The notes beneath the pieces are model-generated. The model did no database searches. It was not told the origin of the DNA and saw nothing but the letters and a program-made list of their open reading frames with translations. Made by a program: the position numbers and the translations under genes. 64,000 bases of DNA from Candidatus Altimarinota bacterium (GTDB lineage: Bacteria > Patescibacteriota > Gracilibacteria > UBA4473): contig OZ246423.1 of the NCBI GenBank assembly GCA_965231215.1, forward strand, positions 64,001 to 128,000. Direction: 5' to 3'. Of this stretch, positions 29,438-41,207 are shown piece by piece (positions within the stretch are counted from its first letter, which is position 1; the number at the start of each line of letters is the position of its first letter).

Positions 29438-30193
29438 TTGGCCATGCAAAAAATGAACACTATAATAAAAACTGTGAAATCTACCAAAATCCTTGGCATA
29501 CGAATAGATCAACTCAGCAAAACTGAAGTGAAAAAAAAGGTTGAAGGTTTTTTACACTCAAAATCCTTTCACCATATAGCCACGGTCAATCCAGAATTTT
29601 TGGTTGAAGCACAAAAAAATAATCAATTCAAAAAAATACTAAACACTACAGCACTAAACGTTTGTGATGGTTTTGGAATCACTCTATGGACAAAAATTTT
29701 ATACAAAAAAGAAATTCCTCGAATCACGGGGGTAGAACTAGCTGAACTTATCTGCAAACTCGCCGAAAAAAATAAAAAATCAGTCTATTTTTTAGGAGGT
29801 TTTGGGGTGGCGAAAAAAGCGGCCAAAACCATGAAAACACAATTCCCAAAACTCATTATTGCCGGAAGTGAAGACGGCAATAAAACCAAATTGAACAAAA
29901 AAATTATTCAATCAAAACCAGATATTATTCTCGTGGCTTTTGGCGCTCCAGCCCAAGAATTTTGGATTAAAAAATTTCACAAAGACATCCCTTCTTTACG
30001 CCTAGCCATAGGTATTGGAGGCACTTTTGATTTTTGGGCTGGGAAAGTAGCACGTGCCCCACAATTAATGCAGCGTCTAGGTCTAGAGTGGTGTTGGCGA
30101 CTCATACTACAACCCAAAACACGCGGAAAACGCATCTATAATGCCGTCATGAAGTTCTCAGCCCTCACACTAAAAGAAAAATTTTATAAGTAA
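29438..30193 (+). CDS. WecB/TagA/CpsF glycosyltransferase
   Basis: TVNPEFL, CDGFGI, RITGVEL, GAPAQEFWI, GGTFDF, RAP..GLEW; true start may be slightly downstream. Confidence 0.92.
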   Translation: MAMQKMNTIIKTVKSTKILGIRIDQLSKTEVKKKVEGFLHSKSFHHIATVNPEFLVEAQKNNQFKKILNTTALNVCDGFGITLWTKILYKKEIPRITGVELAELICKLAEKNKKSVYFLGGFGVAKKAAKTMKTQFPKLIIAGSEDGNKTKLNKKIIQSKPDIILVAFGAPAQEFWIKKFHKDIPSLRLAIGIGGTFDFWAGKVARAPQLMQRLGLEWCWRLILQPKTRGKRIYNAVMKFSALTLKEKFYK

Positions 30194-30204
30194 ATCTGCT
30201 TTTC

Positions 30205-30367
30205 GATTGCTTCTGTCTTATTTTGTCAAAACCATAGAGTGAAAGTTCCGTTAAAAATTCTCAACTGTTTGAGCAAAGCGAGTTTTGAGGATTTAGAAAG
30301 TAAGCTCTAATGGTTTCAAAATGGCACATCACCATCTACCTTTTTGGTTCTTTTCGCAAAAAGAAAC
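30205..30367. repeat. Structured intergenic repeat family A, copy 1
   Basis: CTCAACTGTTTGAGCAAAGCGAGTTTTGAG core with nested stems; second copy at about 58640-58802. Confidence 0.7.
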
Positions 30368-30470
30368 AATAACTCTTTACCAAGCAAAAAATGAAATTTA
30401 CTTCTAACCAACAGGTAAAATTTTATCCTACATCATACTTTGGACAAGCCAGAGTATTAAAATAGAGAGA

Positions 30471-30995
30471 TTAAACGTTATCCAACTCTGAAAGAATGTC
30501 TTCTTCATCTTGAACCTCTTGAGCTTGTTGTTGGGCTTCCCTAGCTTTTAGTTGGGCCTGCTGAGCCGCTCTTTTGTCAGCCATAATTTTTGCTTTCCGT
30601 GCGGCTTCTACAGGATCTACAGGTGGTTTCTTCCCATATTTAGCATCAATCTCCGCTAGTTTTTTTCGTTCTCGAGACAAGATATCCCTGAGTTTTTCTA
30701 CCTGTTGCGCATTCATTACCTCTGTAAGGTTAAACCAGTATTGCCTTTCTTCATCTTTCATAGACTCAGAACGCATAATGTAATCAACCAACTCTACATC
30801 ATTTTTAAGCAACGCCTCTGGGATCCGGAAATCTTGCAGGGTTTTACCTGATGGAGTTTTAATTTCTGCAGGATTAATAGCCGCCGCTACTTGTCCACCT
30901 CCCCCTTGTCCTTGCGAGGTTTGAGCCACAGGTGCACCTCCAGTGTGCACTTGTTTATTTTGAGGGTTGTTTCCAGCAGGATTAGTTTGATTCAT
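30471..30995 (-). CDS. Conserved-looking helical protein, probable distant member of the small partner family
   Basis: LVDYIMRSESMKDEERQYWFNL..QVEKLRDILSRERKKL..EEDILSELDNV. Confidence 0.7.
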   Translation of the reverse strand: MNQTNPAGNNPQNKQVHTGGAPVAQTSQGQGGGGQVAAAINPAEIKTPSGKTLQDFRIPEALLKNDVELVDYIMRSESMKDEERQYWFNLTEVMNAQQVEKLRDILSRERKKLAEIDAKYGKKPPVDPVEAARKAKIMADKRAAQQAQLKAREAQQQAQEVQDEEDILSELDNV

Positions 30996-31028
30996 ATCAG
31001 TGTATTATAGCAGATTTTTATAAAATTT

Positions 31029-33362
31029 TTAACTATTTTCTTCTTTGAGCCACTTAAAGAATTCTTGAGCATTATTAACTTCTTTTTTCCAGAAACCAAA
31101 GGCCAAAGAACTTCCTTGTATAACAAAGCCACTTCCAGATTTACGCACTGCGTTCTCTTCGTTATCAATATCTCCAGTAAAATCCCACCACCATGAGTGG
31201 TCTAATTCCGCAGCAAAGTTTCTCATATCTTGACCTGTCATTTGATATCCATTCCAAAAGCTGCTATCAAGTTCTAAAAGAGATTTAAAAGCTGGTGAAA
31301 TGCCTTCTTGTCCAAAGAGTTCTGGCGGGAAGAATTTAATATTATCAAAATCAAATTTATCTTTGTGAGTATCAAAATCTTTTATATAGTTACCAATTTT
31401 TTCAGAATCAATACTTTTGAAAGCTTCTTCAATAAGGCCTACATCAGCTTTCATTTCTTCAATAGCGGCATGTAATTTCTGTGGAGACAAATCATCATAG
31501 TTAAAATGCATTCTATCCCCGTACATATCTAATTGATCTAACCCACTAAGATGAACTGCCGTACCTCCAGCAAGCGCTGCTAAAAAAGCTGGCCAGCTCA
31601 CCAAAGCTGCACCAAAACCAAGAGTCGCAACTCCAGCTCCAGCACCAGCCCCAACAGCCTCTACCCACATATCGCCAATATAGTTTTGAAGATCATAACT
31701 CATAGTAAAACCACTATCAGTAAATTCAACATTAAACCCTGCACCTCCATCTTGATCACCAACATTTTCGGCTAAAGCGTGTAAATCAACAATATCAATC
31801 CCCTTAGTAAAAAGTGGGTAGTATTTTGGGTCATTCCCAAAAGATTGTGTGATTTTCTCTATAGCTTTGATATCTGCATCAGTCTCAACCTTAAATGGTT
31901 TTCCATTTCGAGTAATATTAAATGAATTCGGTTTGCCAGCTTTCTCTACTTTTTCTTTAAGGCCATTCAGTATTTTATCAGCTTTAGTTTTATCTTCTGG
32001 ATCGGTGATATCACCTTTTTCTGGATCCCCTCCTCCAACTTTAGCTTGATAATATTCAATTCTTTCCCATTCTTCAGCATCAGAATCACTACTAAAGAGA
32101 TCCCAGAACTGACCAAGCAGCCCTTTAACCATCATAATAAGTTTTCTAATCATTCCTACTTCCCCCAAAAACCCTCTATCTAGAGCGTCCATAAAGTCAT
32201 AAGAATCAGGTCCATTTTCTAATACATAATCTTCATAAAGCTTTGCCTCATCTGTATTTTGCCAATGTTTTGGAACACTTCGAAGCTTTTTAACCATAAT
32301 TTCACGGTCCTTTTTAATTCGTTCTAGATCATCATGAGACCCCTCTTTTGTGTATAAATTCCTAAAGTGATTATCAATGTCAGCTACAGTTTTGCCTTCA
32401 AGTTTACCTTCAATAGCTTTTTTCACTTGTTCTCGAAGATCTGCAGGGATAGTCGCTACATGCCCTTCTTTTCCAGCCGTAGCAATTAATGATTTATTAA
32501 TAGCCGATCTTTGTTCTGGAGATAGCACACTCACCAATAAAGGGTTATCATTAATATCTTTAAAACCTCCAGATCCAACCAGAAGTCGTTTTATATTCCC
32601 AGCATGTTCAGTCAGGTTGTTTATACCTGCAATTCCTTCAACTCTTACCTCTAGTTTTTCTTTAATTTCTTCATTCATTTTTTCCTGAGCTTCTTGCCGT
32701 TTAATGCTAGCAATAAACTCCAGGTTAGTTCTAAATAACTTCTCTAGCTCTGCATAAGCTTTATCAGTCAAAAGGTCTACAAGAATTTCTTTAGCTTTTT
32801 CACTTCTCAAAAAAGCTTCTGGATCTGGCATATTTCGAGCATGATCTCGAACCTCCTCTACTAACTGACCAACATTAGGAATGTCTCGCAGCATTCTAGA
32901 TTGTTCAAAGCTGAGATTAAAACTTTCAACTCGAGCTGTTTCTAAAGCTCCTGTAGCATTCTGCTTTACAATAGTCTGATGATTAGAAACTCTAACAAGA
33001 AGTTTTTCTTTAATTTTTTCAAATGCTGCATCATCTACAGCATTAACTTTAGTGGTAATTTCTGACTTAATTGACCCCTTAAAAAATTCAGCTAAAAATA
33101 AAAAATCTACTTTAAACTGATCAATTGTATAAGCATTTACGGCTTCCTTGTTTGTCTTGATGTCACTTAACCGCTGCATCAAGTTTTTAATTCTATTGAA
33201 TTTAGCTCTATCAATATTATCTAAAGCCGTTTGATCAATATCACTATCAATTTTATTCGCCAAATTATCGAGTGAAAAATCAGCCATCTCTACACCAAGA
33301 GTCGTTCCCCTTTTCAGGAGTTCTTTGGTTTCGTTTCTTTCATTTTGATTAAGATCGCTCAT
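31029..33362 (-). CDS. Large helical protein with a Gly/Ala-rich hydrophobic hairpin
   Basis: 777 aa; VGAGAGAGVATLGFGAALVSWPAFLAALAGGTAV; C-terminus paralogous to 33373-36417. Confidence 0.75.
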   Translation of the reverse strand: MSDLNQNERNETKELLKRGTTLGVEMADFSLDNLANKIDSDIDQTALDNIDRAKFNRIKNLMQRLSDIKTNKEAVNAYTIDQFKVDFLFLAEFFKGSIKSEITTKVNAVDDAAFEKIKEKLLVRVSNHQTIVKQNATGALETARVESFNLSFEQSRMLRDIPNVGQLVEEVRDHARNMPDPEAFLRSEKAKEILVDLLTDKAYAELEKLFRTNLEFIASIKRQEAQEKMNEEIKEKLEVRVEGIAGINNLTEHAGNIKRLLVGSGGFKDINDNPLLVSVLSPEQRSAINKSLIATAGKEGHVATIPADLREQVKKAIEGKLEGKTVADIDNHFRNLYTKEGSHDDLERIKKDREIMVKKLRSVPKHWQNTDEAKLYEDYVLENGPDSYDFMDALDRGFLGEVGMIRKLIMMVKGLLGQFWDLFSSDSDAEEWERIEYYQAKVGGGDPEKGDITDPEDKTKADKILNGLKEKVEKAGKPNSFNITRNGKPFKVETDADIKAIEKITQSFGNDPKYYPLFTKGIDIVDLHALAENVGDQDGGAGFNVEFTDSGFTMSYDLQNYIGDMWVEAVGAGAGAGVATLGFGAALVSWPAFLAALAGGTAVHLSGLDQLDMYGDRMHFNYDDLSPQKLHAAIEEMKADVGLIEEAFKSIDSEKIGNYIKDFDTHKDKFDFDNIKFFPPELFGQEGISPAFKSLLELDSSFWNGYQMTGQDMRNFAAELDHSWWWDFTGDIDNEENAVRKSGSGFVIQGSSLAFGFWKKEVNNAQEFFKWLKEENS

Positions 33363-33372
33363 TTTGACTTAA

Positions 33373-36300
33373 TTATTCTTCAGTGCCAGGGACCGTTTTT
33401 GCTCCTCCTGCTATATGAACGAAAAAAGCTTTTACATTTTCAAAGTTGTCATCCCACACATACCCAGTTCCATCTACATGGAGGAATTTTTTATCTGAAA
33501 GAGACTTTTTGGTTCCATCTGCCATATAAACATCATTATCCCAAGTATACCAAGAGTATTCATCTTCACGGAAAGTCATACCATCAAGGCTCCCTGAGTC
33601 TTCACAGTACTTAAGGAAATTTTTCAAATCATCTGCATCAATTTTTCCGTGAGAGTTATCTTTATTCATATAGTTCAATAAAGAGCTTAATGATTTTACG
33701 AATTGACCATCCTTAACTAAGCTTTCAGGAATAGAGCTAATTGGATTATCCAATACAGAGGCATCAAATTTATCCTTATGAGATCCAAGTAGAGCAATGC
33801 GCTGCTCCACAACCTCTTGCTGCTTAGCAATAGCCTCAGCATCAGGTACTTTTCCATCTTCACCTGGTTTAAACTCCCTGGCCCATTGTAATTTAGTGGC
33901 TAGTGTCTTATCAGCTTCTGGAGAATTCCAATCTCCAAAGTCATCGAGTACTTCCCCACCTTCTTTCAATTTAAATTCAAAGGCATCACCGTTAACCGCT
34001 AGATCAATATGTTCTGATTGGAAGTTCCCAAGGTTATCAAGGGTTCGCCAATCTAGACCTTTATTTAGGGCCATTTTTATATTTGGTTGATCTTGTTTAT
34101 CCAGAACCCCTTCCTGAAGTTTTTTACGATCTTCAGGCGTCAGGTCTTTAATAAATTTGTAGACATCTTTTCCACTTGGATTTGGCCCAAGTCCTTTAAT
34201 GTTTGTTTTTTTGAATTTTGGCATATTTTCTTCCAAGAATTTTTTCACGTCTTCCGGAAGTTCTTTGTAATCATCTGGGCTTAGATCTAAAGCGGCAGCT
34301 CTTAGAGCATCTTTAACCGCTTCTTTATCTTCATTCGCAATGCCTCGTTCTTTTTCTAGTGGGTCTTTACCAGTGAGTTGTCCTGTAAGTTGTTTGAACA
34401 TCAAGATAAACTTACGGAGCAATATAAAGAGTCCTTCTAGTCCCTTAATAGGCTCATCTTCTTGAATATATTTATCAAAAGATTTAGTAAATTGACCATT
34501 TTTAAGTCCTTCAATCCATCGATTCCACCGAGGAGTCCCTACATGTTCTGGGAATTTATCAAAGGCTGTATTAATAAGCTCATCTATTTTTTTAAATTTA
34601 TCTTTTGAAAGGTCTTGTTTAATACCTTCTTTCACACTATCCCATGTTTCATGCTCTTTAGCTAAAGCTGTAGCATAGTCCTTGATACGAGGCATGATTT
34701 TAGCTCTTAAGGCATCTATAAGAGCTTTAGCTTTACTTGGGTCTGCCTGAATTCCAGCCACCAAAGTATCAAATTCTCCTTGTAGATCTAAAGCCCTCAT
34801 AAGCCGGTCAGCCGTTGGCGTTTGTGAGGCTTTATCTTCTTTTCCAAAAAGTTCACTAATTCCTCCCAAATTACTCACAGAAGTAATAGCTCCTCCTAAA
34901 GGATTACTCATAGCATCTTTTACACGTTGAGATGGATCTGTAGCTGTGGCGTCAGGATCAGTTTTGGGTAGGCTTTTAGCAAATTTTTGTAGTTCCCCAA
35001 AGGCTAATTCTAACTTAGCCGTTAATTGAGCGGTTAGTTTTTCGGCGCTAATTTTTCCGTTTTCCAAAGATCCCTCTAGGAACTCTTTATCATCTTGGAA
35101 TTCTCGCCAAATTTCACGAGCTCTTTCTAAGTGTTCAGTTTCAGGCACAATCTCCATATTAGGTGAACGTGTTGGTTGTTTAGCAAGTTCATCCATAGCG
35201 TTTAAAAGTTGATCTACATCGGCTTCCGCATCTGCTTTTTTCTCTATTGGTTTAAACTTGTCCGGAGAAACCAATCGATCAAAACCAAATTCTAATCCTG
35301 CTTTTACCTGAGCCTCACTCGCTCCAAGCTTATTAGAAAGCTCTTTCGCAAATTCAGGATCTTTAATAAGTTTTTGAACCGCATTATATTGAGCTTGGTA
35401 AGCTTCTTTACTCATAATAGCGTCTACTAGTTTCCCTCGAATGGCCTCTTTCGTACCTTCCACTCCCAAGGCTTTACCAAAGAGTTCATAAAACACTTGT
35501 TTACGAACATCTACCGTTTCATTGGTCTCAACCGAAGTTGTAGCTACTTCTTTTCCTTTTAATTCTGGGAAAGCTTGTTCAAAGATTTTCGCTTGAGCCT
35601 CAGGGTTAGTAGAGTCTTTAAGCCCTTCAGCCATATTTCTAATATCTGTATCAGTTAGTTTGCTAAAGTCTAGATTTCCAACCTCAGCTTTAAACGGCCA
35701 CTTAGACTTAACGAAATCAATATTCTGTTGTCGGTTAGCCTTTTCAGGATCCTGTACTTTTTCAGGTTCTGTATCTGGATTGACGGGTCTAGTTGGTTTA
35801 CCTTTAAAAATAGATTCAAGAATCGTTCCCTTAATAGTATCGGTAAATATTGTTTGTTTTTCAGCTTGAGTTTTAAATCCATCATCCCCTAGTTGGTTTT
35901 CATAAATATCCTCTAGGATTGCTTGTAAATCTTGATTTAGAGGAAAGCCTCTTTCGAGTTGATCAATAACCAACGCTAGATCCGTAAGTTGAAGCGCTTG
36001 TTTTAGTTGTTTAAGACCCTCAATTATAGCCGCTTTATCTTTTTGTTCTAAACCAGCTTCAGATAAGTCATCTGTTCCAAAGTTTCCAGTATTCTGAAGC
36101 TTTGTAATATCGATTCCCAACTGAGAAGCTAACCACATAGCTTTTTCCGCATTGTTTCCAGCCGCAATATTAAGAGCCTCTAAAATAGCTGCCTCTGGAA
36201 TATTAGTGTCACCAGCTTGGATTATCATTTGCCTTACAACTCCAATTTCTTTCTTGATATCCTCATCAGAACATTCGACATCTTGTTCACATTTCTCTAG

Positions 36301-36417
36301 ATGTTGTCGCGTGACTAAGTTTTCTTTTAGACGCTCTTTGTCACGAGCTGGATCTTTATCAACATCTTTAACTTCGATATCTCCTAAAGCCGTAATTTCT
36401 TTTTTTAGATCTGCCAT
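33373..36417 (-). CDS. Large charged helical protein, paralog of the downstream gene
   Basis: 1014 aa; shares HKDKFD, D[LM][KR]NF and N..AFF/EFF C-terminal motifs. Confidence 0.75.
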   Translation of the reverse strand: MADLKKEITALGDIEVKDVDKDPARDKERLKENLVTRQHLEKCEQDVECSDEDIKKEIGVVRQMIIQAGDTNIPEAAILEALNIAAGNNAEKAMWLASQLGIDITKLQNTGNFGTDDLSEAGLEQKDKAAIIEGLKQLKQALQLTDLALVIDQLERGFPLNQDLQAILEDIYENQLGDDGFKTQAEKQTIFTDTIKGTILESIFKGKPTRPVNPDTEPEKVQDPEKANRQQNIDFVKSKWPFKAEVGNLDFSKLTDTDIRNMAEGLKDSTNPEAQAKIFEQAFPELKGKEVATTSVETNETVDVRKQVFYELFGKALGVEGTKEAIRGKLVDAIMSKEAYQAQYNAVQKLIKDPEFAKELSNKLGASEAQVKAGLEFGFDRLVSPDKFKPIEKKADAEADVDQLLNAMDELAKQPTRSPNMEIVPETEHLERAREIWREFQDDKEFLEGSLENGKISAEKLTAQLTAKLELAFGELQKFAKSLPKTDPDATATDPSQRVKDAMSNPLGGAITSVSNLGGISELFGKEDKASQTPTADRLMRALDLQGEFDTLVAGIQADPSKAKALIDALRAKIMPRIKDYATALAKEHETWDSVKEGIKQDLSKDKFKKIDELINTAFDKFPEHVGTPRWNRWIEGLKNGQFTKSFDKYIQEDEPIKGLEGLFILLRKFILMFKQLTGQLTGKDPLEKERGIANEDKEAVKDALRAAALDLSPDDYKELPEDVKKFLEENMPKFKKTNIKGLGPNPSGKDVYKFIKDLTPEDRKKLQEGVLDKQDQPNIKMALNKGLDWRTLDNLGNFQSEHIDLAVNGDAFEFKLKEGGEVLDDFGDWNSPEADKTLATKLQWAREFKPGEDGKVPDAEAIAKQQEVVEQRIALLGSHKDKFDASVLDNPISSIPESLVKDGQFVKSLSSLLNYMNKDNSHGKIDADDLKNFLKYCEDSGSLDGMTFREDEYSWYTWDNDVYMADGTKKSLSDKKFLHVDGTGYVWDDNFENVKAFFVHIAGGAKTVPGTEE

Positions 36418-36427
36418 TTTTTAAATT

Positions 36428-36550
36428 TTATGAAAGAGTGGGACTTACATTTTTTTCGTTCATCAGCTGAATCAAGTGATGTTCTAGTGCTGATAACATT
36501 TTCATTTTTTCATGATTATCGAAATCGTCAGCCGCTACTTTAATATCCAT
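36428..36550 (-). CDS. Small protein, 40 aa (not in ORF track)
   Basis: Manual translation MDIKVAADDFDNHEKMKMLSALEHHLIQLMNEKNVSPTLS; fills the operon gap with about 10-nt spacers. Confidence 0.5.
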   Translation of the reverse strand: MDIKVAADDFDNHEKMKMLSALEHHLIQLMNEKNVSPTLS

Positions 36551-36559
36551 TTTCAGGGT

Positions 36560-36736
36560 TTAGAGATTTTTAAGTTGTTCATCGAAATCCTTTTCAAATT
36601 CCTCCATTTCGGCTTCTTCATGAGCTTCGATACGCTTGTTGAGCTTGCGCACCTCCTCCTGGCTGGCAATCTTTCCACCGAAAATTCCTCGGTTTTTGCT
36701 GCCTCTGCGCCAAAATTTTTTGTAGAATCGGGCCAT
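36560..36736 (-). CDS. Small protein, 58 aa, with an acidic C-terminus like the partner family (not in ORF track)
   Basis: MARFYKKFWRRGSKNRGIFGGKIASQEEVRKLNKRIEAHEEAEMEEFEKDFDEQLKNL; follows the promoter at 36758-36770. Confidence 0.6.
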   Translation of the reverse strand: MARFYKKFWRRGSKNRGIFGGKIASQEEVRKLNKRIEAHEEAEMEEFEKDFDEQLKNL

Positions 36737-36749
36737 AGGATTTAAATAA

Positions 36750-38858
<2,109 letters not shown>

Positions 38859-39010
38859 AAATATGTATACGCGTGAACTTTTTGAGTTCGTTTTTTGCCT
38901 TTACAAAAAATGAGTCAGGTAAAAGAGCTGATATGAGCGTTTGTTTTTTACTTTGACCTTAACTAAAATCTTTTTACAATCTCGCAAGAAATTATCCACA
39001 TTATACATAA

Positions 39011-41176
39011 ATGCGAAAACAGATTTTAAACCGTTTTGGATTTGTAGTGCTTATAGGCCTCATCGCTGGAAGCTTAAGTATCCCTGCTACCTATTACGCA
39101 AAAGTTTTGGGTGAAGATCACACCATTACTCAAAAAATTGAAAGTCTCAAAGTAACCCTTGGCCTCGATCTCGCTGGAGGAACTGAACTAGACTATCGAA
39201 TTGATATGAGCGAAGCTATCGCCAAAAACAATGACGATGATGCCCTTAATGATATCGTCCTCAATGAATTAGCTGAGTCTGTGAGAGATAAAGTAGAACA
39301 AAGAGTTAACCCTGCCGGGATTGGAGAGATTATTGTAAAAAGAGCACAGGTTAATCAAGAAGAACATATCCTGGTTCAAATGCCTCCTTCTATTAATGTA
39401 GAAAAAGCCAAACGTGATGCTGAAAAAGACAATCGATTGGAATTTTTTGAAGAGAATGAAAGTGCTGTTGTGGCTAAAAGACTCGAAATTGCCGAACTTA
39501 TCACCTTTGATCTAAGCGCTGAAAAATGGGATCAGAACGCTCCAGAAGCCGCTAAGCGGTTTGAGGGAAGTTTTGAAAGTTTTGAAGCGACATTTAAAGA
39601 TGAAATGACCGATAGCGAGTTTGCCGACAAGTTATTTGCCGCAAACCAAGGTGAGGTGATTCAAGAAATTATCGAAACAACTATCCAGCCTCAATATACA
39701 CTCACCGAAGACGGAGAACTCCAATTTGATGGAGTCCCTTACCCACGGCAAGTGTTAGCGGTAGTGCGCGTAACTGACAAACAAAACGTTGAAAGAGAAA
39801 AAACTACAGAAGCAGAAGCAGAAGCGAGACATATTCTCTTCGCCTACCCTGGCGCTCTGAGAGCCGGCGAAGACCTTCCCTACGATTCAAAAGAAGCCGC
39901 TAAAGCCAAGGGAGAAGAAGTGCTAGAATCTATTAAAAATGGCGCTGACTTTGCCGAAGCTGCCAAAGACTTTTCTACTGGTCCTTCTAGTGTCAACGGA
40001 GGCGATCTTGGGGCTTTCGGTCCTGGAACTATGGCTACTAATTTTAACGATGCCGTGTTCCAATCGGAAGGTCCACAACTGATACCGGATCTCATAGAAA
40101 CCGATTTTGGATACCATATCATCGAAGTGACAAAACTTACCCAAGAAACCACCCAAACAGTTAATGAACCTAAAGTCACCTATGAAGCCGTTGTTTGGGA
40201 TACCAATGACATTGCCTGGCTCAAAACTGACCTTTCAGGAGCCCAACTTGATAATGCTCGAGTTGGATACAGCGAAGTAGGACAGCCACTTGTAGACCTC
40301 CGACTTAATGGAGAAGGCGGCCAAATCTTTGCTAAAATCACCGAAAACTTAGCCGCCCGAAACTGCCGAGGTGATGATTCTTGTAGACTCGGAATTAAAG
40401 TTGGTGGTGAATGGATCAGCCAGCCGTACGTACATGAGAAAATTACCGGAAGAAACGTCCAAATCACCGGTCAATTCACTTATGAATCAGCCAAGGCTTT
40501 AGCCAATGATCTAGAGCTTGGCGCTATTGATGCTCCTATTATCCTGAGTGGACAAGTAACCGTTCAGCCAGAACTAGGAGCTGACCAACTAGAAAAAAGT
40601 CTCAAAGCCGCTAGTTTTGGACTTATTGCTACTATCTTATTTATGATCTTGATGTACCGGTTAGCCGGATGTATTGCGGCTATTTCCCTCATCCTTTATA
40701 CCGGGATCTATATAGCCCTGCTTAAACTCTGGCCCATATCACTGGGAGGCCCCATTGTGCTGAGCCTAGCAGGAGCCGCTGGTATTGCCCTTTCTATTGG
40801 GTTGGCAGTGGATGGAAATATTCTTATTTTCGAAAGAATGAAAGAAGAAATCCGTCGAGGTCGAAAACTAGATCAAGCCATTGATCTAGGATTTGAAAGA
40901 GCCTGGAGCGCTATCCGAGACTCAAATCTTACGACCCTCATCACGTGTATTATTCTTTTCTCACTTGGAAGTTCTGTCATCAAAGGATTTGCAATTACGC
41001 TGATTGTAGGAACACTGCTTTCAATGTTTACAGCCATCAACGTTTCTCGAAATTTACTCAGAGCTTTACTACTTTTACCAGGCACAGAGAACCCCAAATT
41101 CTTTGGAGTAAAAGCCGATCATATTGGTAAAAAATCTGTTGGAGCTAAAATCCGAAAAAGAAAATCTAAATCATAA
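39011..41176 (+). CDS. secD: Protein translocase SecD with an inserted parvulin PPIase domain
   Basis: LGLDLAGG, AVDGNILIFERMKEE, AIRDSNLTT; insert ARHILF..GGDLG..FGYHII. Confidence 0.93.
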   Translation: MRKQILNRFGFVVLIGLIAGSLSIPATYYAKVLGEDHTITQKIESLKVTLGLDLAGGTELDYRIDMSEAIAKNNDDDALNDIVLNELAESVRDKVEQRVNPAGIGEIIVKRAQVNQEEHILVQMPPSINVEKAKRDAEKDNRLEFFEENESAVVAKRLEIAELITFDLSAEKWDQNAPEAAKRFEGSFESFEATFKDEMTDSEFADKLFAANQGEVIQEIIETTIQPQYTLTEDGELQFDGVPYPRQVLAVVRVTDKQNVEREKTTEAEAEARHILFAYPGALRAGEDLPYDSKEAAKAKGEEVLESIKNGADFAEAAKDFSTGPSSVNGGDLGAFGPGTMATNFNDAVFQSEGPQLIPDLIETDFGYHIIEVTKLTQETTQTVNEPKVTYEAVVWDTNDIAWLKTDLSGAQLDNARVGYSEVGQPLVDLRLNGEGGQIFAKITENLAARNCRGDDSCRLGIKVGGEWISQPYVHEKITGRNVQITGQFTYESAKALANDLELGAIDAPIILSGQVTVQPELGADQLEKSLKAASFGLIATILFMILMYRLAGCIAAISLILYTGIYIALLKLWPISLGGPIVLSLAGAAGIALSIGLAVDGNILIFERMKEEIRRGRKLDQAIDLGFERAWSAIRDSNLTTLITCIILFSLGSSVIKGFAITLIVGTLLSMFTAINVSRNLLRALLLLPGTENPKFFGVKADHIGKKSVGAKIRKRKSKS

Positions 41177-41207
41177 ACCCCCTCACCTCACTTATAAACT
41201 TTAAATA

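Noticed and set aside
19548-36417. Prophage or tailocin explanation for the hydrolase cluster (tape-measure-like SLT and CHAP domains)
   Set aside because: No integrase, terminase, capsid, tail tube, baseplate or holin recognised; family members are dispersed among housekeeping genes
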